The position numbers and the translations under genes are program-made. A DNA stretch of 64,000 bases from Pocillopora damicornis (taxonomy: Eukaryota), in NCBI RefSeq assembly GCF_003704095.1, contig NW_020845487.1, positions 310,001 to 374,000 on the forward strand, read 5' to 3'. Positions 49,682 to 64,000 of this stretch are shown here, piece by piece; position 1 is the stretch's first letter, and each line of letters opens with the position of its first letter. The notes below the pieces were generated by a model. That model was not told where the DNA came from. It worked only from the letters and a program-made list of their open reading frames with translations, and did no database searches.

Positions 49682-50269
49682 CCCTCCTGTGGTAAAAAAA
49701 AACTCGCTCCTTTGAGTACAAACTTCCAGCGAATGAGCAATGAAAGATCTGATCATTTCTACTTTTAATCACAAATGTACTGTTCGTTTCCTCACCTTGT
49801 ATAGGGCAAAAAAATCCTTGTCAACCAATATTCGAAGCAACAACTCTAGTAACCTCTAAAAGCTGATTATTTTTCTTCGGTCAAACGTGCAACACGTCTC
49901 TTCTCTGCAAACGATGCTTTCCAATTGATGATCCGGTTTTCCTTTATGACGAGTCATTCCTGAATGTGACGTTTATCTTAATGTCGCGCGCGTCAATTTT
50001 GTCGCGCGCGCTAAGAGAACGAATTGACAACTGGGAAAGGAAGTACTGTAGAATCGAACCCTAGAATCTTTTTCAGGAGGGCCTTAATTCATTTATTGGT
50101 GTATCCAGACCTTAATGTCTTAAAAACAGAGATAGCTGCCAGTTACGTCATGTTTCTGGCTTACAACATATCTGGGGGAATAGGTGCGAGAAAGATAGAT
50201 ACGAAAATCAAGAGGGAACCGCGGTATTGTTAGGGGTCTATTTGGCTGAGTAAAATACTAAGTATACTC

Positions 50270-50925
50270 CAGAGTAAAATTAATAACGTCTTAAAATTAA
50301 CAGCGTCTTTAACTTTAACAAACGTTTACAAACTTAACGACTCTGTTTAAAGTACAGACGTCATAAGCTGTAAATCGCAATAAAAACTTATGAAATCGCC
50401 AAAAAATTTAAGTTCTTACTGATATTAGAGACTTCTTAAATGCTATGATGGCATGATAAATGAAAATAATAATAATAATAATAATAATAACATAACCTCT
50501 ATGGCGCCGATACATTGCTGTTCTAAGCACTTTACACCCCTTTTCAAGATTTAGAATTTAGTACCAAAAAATTTAGTACCAAAATCTAACTGCTAGTAAC
50601 CGCTTCTACATCTATCACCAAGACGCGTCAAAAATTAAATATAATGACATCTATTTTGAAATCACTGGTGATCCTTGGAATATGATTGGCTCTCATCGGT
50701 GTGATTTAGTCTCGAATCGCACCGTTTTTTGCCTGAATCGGATCTTTTTCCCAGCCAATAAAGAAGACTTAGTTTAACAAAACGACCAATCAGATTTCAA
50801 GGCTTGTTACGACGTCGTTAACCAACTTAACGACGTCAATAAAATTAATGACGTCTCAAAACTAACGACGTCTTAAAATTAATGACATTAATCTTATGAT
50901 GTAAAAAAACTTTACAACGTTATTA
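50270..50925. repeat. Degenerate about 19-bp tandem arrays (AACGACGTCTTAAAATT-like) at 50270-50365 and 50810-50925, an (AAT)n microsatellite at 50466-50490 and an intervening MITE-like insert
   Basis: Repeated ACGTC..AAA.TTAA units are directly visible. Confidence 0.6.
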
Positions 50926-51084
50926 ACAGAGAAAGGCTAGTCAGGTGCTCACTCATAGGACAGAAATTACATATCTGAGCCTGCGCAACCGTAGAACAAA
51001 GCAAATCACAAGAAGCTTCTCACGAAGTTAATTTATTTCAAATGATTCCTACAGAGCCTGAAATAATGTTGCAGTTTCGAAAGA

Positions 51085-60459
<9,375 letters not shown>

Positions 60460-61774
60460 TCTTGTCGTAGCTCCGACAGGGGGAGTGTAGGGGCATTCAG
60501 CGGATACGTATCTAGGGCTATAAATACTATGTAAGCGCCACGGAAATTACAAGACATTTTACTTTAGCATACATGACTTCTAAAATGTTTCCCGCGCGAA
60601 ATGTAAATATCACGGAATCAGTTGTTGCTAACTTATGTTTGGAAAAACGCCACGTCTGCCTGCTTTATCCAGAACTGAGAAAGCCACCATGCCATTTTTC
60701 TAAAATTTTTCCGAAGATCCGCGCGCAGTGATGTAGTTTATGTCTATCCAATAAATTTAAAAAAAGAGAGTTAACGAGCACGAGGTAATACTTTGACAAT
60801 TATTGAAAGGAACAACAAAAGACAAAACTCATAAAAAGCAACCAAAAAAAGGCATTCTGTTTTAAGTCTTGGTTATGACTGTAGCTTCCCAGTGTTTTCT
60901 TTGCTTTTTTGTTTGTTGTTGTTTTTTTTTATGCGGTTTTGGTATGATTTTGGTGCTTGTCAGTTGCTTTCTTTTTCCTTTACTTTATTTTACAAGTCTT
61001 TGTTTATGAATCTAACAATTAACTGCCGCGTCTTTGAAAAGGTAACATAAGGTAAAGGAAATCTATTTATAATAAATNNNNNNNNNNNNNNNNNNNNNNN
61101 NNNNNNNNNNNNNNNNNNNNNNNNNNNNNNNNNNNNNNNNNNNNNNNNNNNNNNNNNNNNNNNNNNNNNNNNNNNNNTAACAGTACTCGTACTAAGCTGA
61201 AACTCTATTACAGCTGCGTCCTGACAACTCTTCCCTGTATGGCTCAGAATGTTGGGGCTTGACGGAGAAGGAATTATCACACCTGTCCACGTTTCATACC
61301 AGGAGCCTTCGGCATATCCTAAGCATCTTCAGACCTAATGCCATGCCAAATAAAGATCTCTCTGAACGGTGTAGAATTTAGCATTTCGGCTTTCTTTCAA
61401 TCTCTGTTAATGTCCTCCATGCCTCTGTACTAGCTCTATCTTTAATAAGCTAGTATATAGTTATATATTTTTGAATCAGACCAAGATAAATGTATTCAGT
61501 TTAATTTTTTTAAATTTGTTTTATCGCACCAAGATACAACATGACAAGTCTTTGTTGATTTATCTTACAAATGGAGTTCTAAAAATGCCATGTCAAGTGA
61601 AAATTAAACAGAAAGTAAAAGAAATGTATATATAATAAATGCATCCACAGATCGAGGTAAAAATGCATGATAACTGGCGGGTAACAATTACCGAATGCAA
61701 ACACGTAACTGCTTCTCTGAAAAATGTCCGAGCATGATCTCACAAATAAGACCAAAATCAACATTTACAAACAT

Positions 61775-61900
61775 TGTCTTCTGTCTACATCAATGTACGG
61801 GAATGAAACCTGTACCATCATCAAGTTAGGCCAACAGCGTCATCTCAGAAACATTTTGAAGATCAAATGGAATTAATATATCGGCAATGAAGAAGTCTAA
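61775..61900 (+). mobile_element. RTE-clade LINE 3' ORF fragment; a similar remnant lies at about 61200-61380
   Basis: QQRHLRNILKIKWN*YIGNEEV resembles the LR.IL.I.W...I.N.EV motif of RTE elements. Confidence 0.5.
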
Positions 61901-62264
61901 CTATGAAACTATAACGATGAAATGTAGTGCAGTACTAGACAGTTCTTGACTTTGTGCATCAAAGTGGCTATCTCTTGTAGTCATCTTTGGTGCAAAGAAG
62001 GGAGGCCGGCTGTTTTGTGAGAGAACACTATAGGACTCGGTACTTGATTTAAAAGCTGCTCTCAATGCACGTTCTTGAATTTGTTCAAGTTTGAGACTTG
62101 TCGGAGGATTTACAGAAGTGCCACACAAAGTCACAGTACGTTAGATGAGGAAGAATATCGAATTTATAAAGTTGCAGTTTAGCGGAACAGGGTATAACAT
62201 TATGTAACCTCAGTAACACTCCTACTTTCTGACTAGCTCTTCTGTTAATGACTTTCAAATGTTC
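61901..62264 (-). mobile_element. CR1/L2-like LINE RT fragment (inverted copy)
   Basis: Diverged reverse complement of about 62866-63230 (KASQKVGVLLRL..KLQLYKF.ILPHLTYC..VWHFC). Confidence 0.75.
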
Positions 62265-62364
62265 NNNNNNNNNNNNNNNNNNNNNNNNNNNNNNNNNNNN
62301 NNNNNNNNNNNNNNNNNNNNNNNNNNNNNNNNNNNNNNNNNNNNNNNNNNNNNNNNNNNNNNNN

Positions 62365-63460
62365 CACTGTGGCGAGACACTTTAATAAGGCTTTATTGTT
62401 GAGGATTAGAAAACAACTACTGATAAGAACGAAAGTGTGACGGAATTATCCGCTCATATGAGCACAGCGTTTGACTTGCTGCATCTTGCTCTAAGGATTC
62501 AGAAGCTTACAGCATGCGGTTTTTCGGAGATGTCCACAGGGTTCTTCCTTTGCACCTTTATCACTGAATCTATTCCAAAACAATATGTTTTCATGTACGG
62601 AGACGACCATCAAATATACACGACTGGGACTCAATCAAAAAAGATATTCAAGAACTAAAGAGTGAAACGGAAAAGGTCACGCAGTGGTATAAAGTGAACC
62701 TGTTACAAGCCAATCCCAGCAAATATCAGATTATTGCGATCGATCCAAAGCTCTTTATAAAGGAGCTTGTAGACAAGTTATTACTTCAAATTGACAGTCA
62801 AGTGGTAAAATCCTTCGATAAACTAACAATTCTCGGAGTGAACATTGATGAAAAGTTAACATTCATTGAACATGGAAAAGACATTAACAAAAGAGCTAGT
62901 CAGAAAGTAGGAGTGTTACTGAGGTTACATAATTTAATACCCTGTTCTGCTAAACTGCAACTTTATAAATTCGCTATTCTTCTTCATCTAACGTACTGTG
63001 ACATTGTATGGCAATTCTTTAAATCCTCCGACAATTGTCAAATTTCAACAAATTCAAGAACGTACATTAAGAGCGGCATTTAAATCAAGTACCGAGTCCT
63101 ATATTGTTCTCTCACAAAACAGCCTGCCTCCCTACCCTGCACCAAAGATGACTACAAGAGATTGCCACTTTGATGTAAAAAGTCAAGAACGGCCTAGTGC
63201 TGTACTACATTTCGGAGTTATGTCAGAAAATTACTATAAAGGATACTACCTTGCTGAGAAATGCCAACTTTAACATTCCTCCTATTACAAAAACACACTT
63301 AGGTGAACACTCACTGCGTTTTTTCGAACCCCTTCTATGGAAAATTTAAGCTCTGTCCACTGTAAGAGAGATCGAGCCTTAAAAGTTTAAAACAAAGCAT
63401 TAGCAAAAGACTTAACACTTTTAATAGATGCATGTAAACATGGCAACGTATGTATGAATA
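62365..63460 (+). mobile_element. 5'-truncated, frameshifted CR1/L2-like LINE reverse transcriptase
   Basis: MSTAFDLL (DLSKAFD-like), FMYGDDHQIY (YADD motif), LLQANPSK, LGVNIDEKLTF..H, KLQLYKFAILLHLTYC. Confidence 0.8.
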
Positions 63461-64000
63461 TTACCCTGAGACCAAGAGGACATGACATTCAAAAAAATTC
63501 TACCTTGCAGAACAATAAAGACTTGTAATATTCGCGGCTGTGCTGACATACGAAAGGAGCAGTTCATATTCACATTTCCTTTTCATTTATGAACACAGCA
63601 TCCAAAATACATTCATTTTGATTCAAAACTTAATTAGATCCTTTACCAAGACGCATAGATATACATTATAACACTATCAAGCTTAAGATTTTAACGAGCA
63701 TGGAAACAGGAAACTGTCTTTGTTTTGCTTTTTTCTGGTCTTTGTCTTTCTTTCTTTTTCTTTTGTTCGGTTTTTTTTTTTCAATAATTGGACATAAACT
63801 ACGTCACTGCGCGGAGATCTCCCCGCAATATTTGACAAAAATCGTCGCTTGATAGCATTCTCAGTTCAGAAGAGCGACGTCGAAGACACTTTTTGACGCT
63901 AACTCTTATGTTTCAAACTTAATTACTTATAGGCGACGATTTGAAACCAGGTTTGAATTAATTCCAATTAAACTGTCGCTGCCGGCCTCATTTGCCGGGG

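Noticed and set aside
50270-50925. Short spaced repeats resembling a CRISPR array
   Set aside because: The units are degenerate and tandem without unique spacers, there are no cas genes, and the context is eukaryotic.

Overview
This is eukaryotic, intron-rich, AT-rich genomic DNA with four 100-N scaffold gaps. The repeat families and gene style point to an anthozoan, most likely a scleractinian coral (inference). Six protein-coding genes were reconstructed by hand, all on the minus strand: (1) a secreted single-vWA protein, 493-1833; (2) a neuron-navigator-like AAA+ protein with a 4.4-kb exon, 9838-26013; (3) SCFD2, 35217-44664; (4) an intronless 257-aa four-TM connexin-like protein, 46145-46918; (5) an orphan single-pass membrane protein with a PP1 RVxF-type docking motif, 48419-49681; (6) adenosine kinase with two alternative first coding exons, 51085-60459. 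Introns and intergenic DNA carry many MITEs, SINE-like elements and LINE fragments. The most striking candidate system is the 45-50 kb island. It holds a stand-alone connexin-like channel gene, although connexins are classically chordate-restricted. That gene appears to have been released from a membrane-anchored NLR, because a decayed pre-NACHT-like linker follows its stop codon. It also sits among clustered ISRE/IRF-type sites. All homology calls come from motif recognition by eye; no database searches were run.
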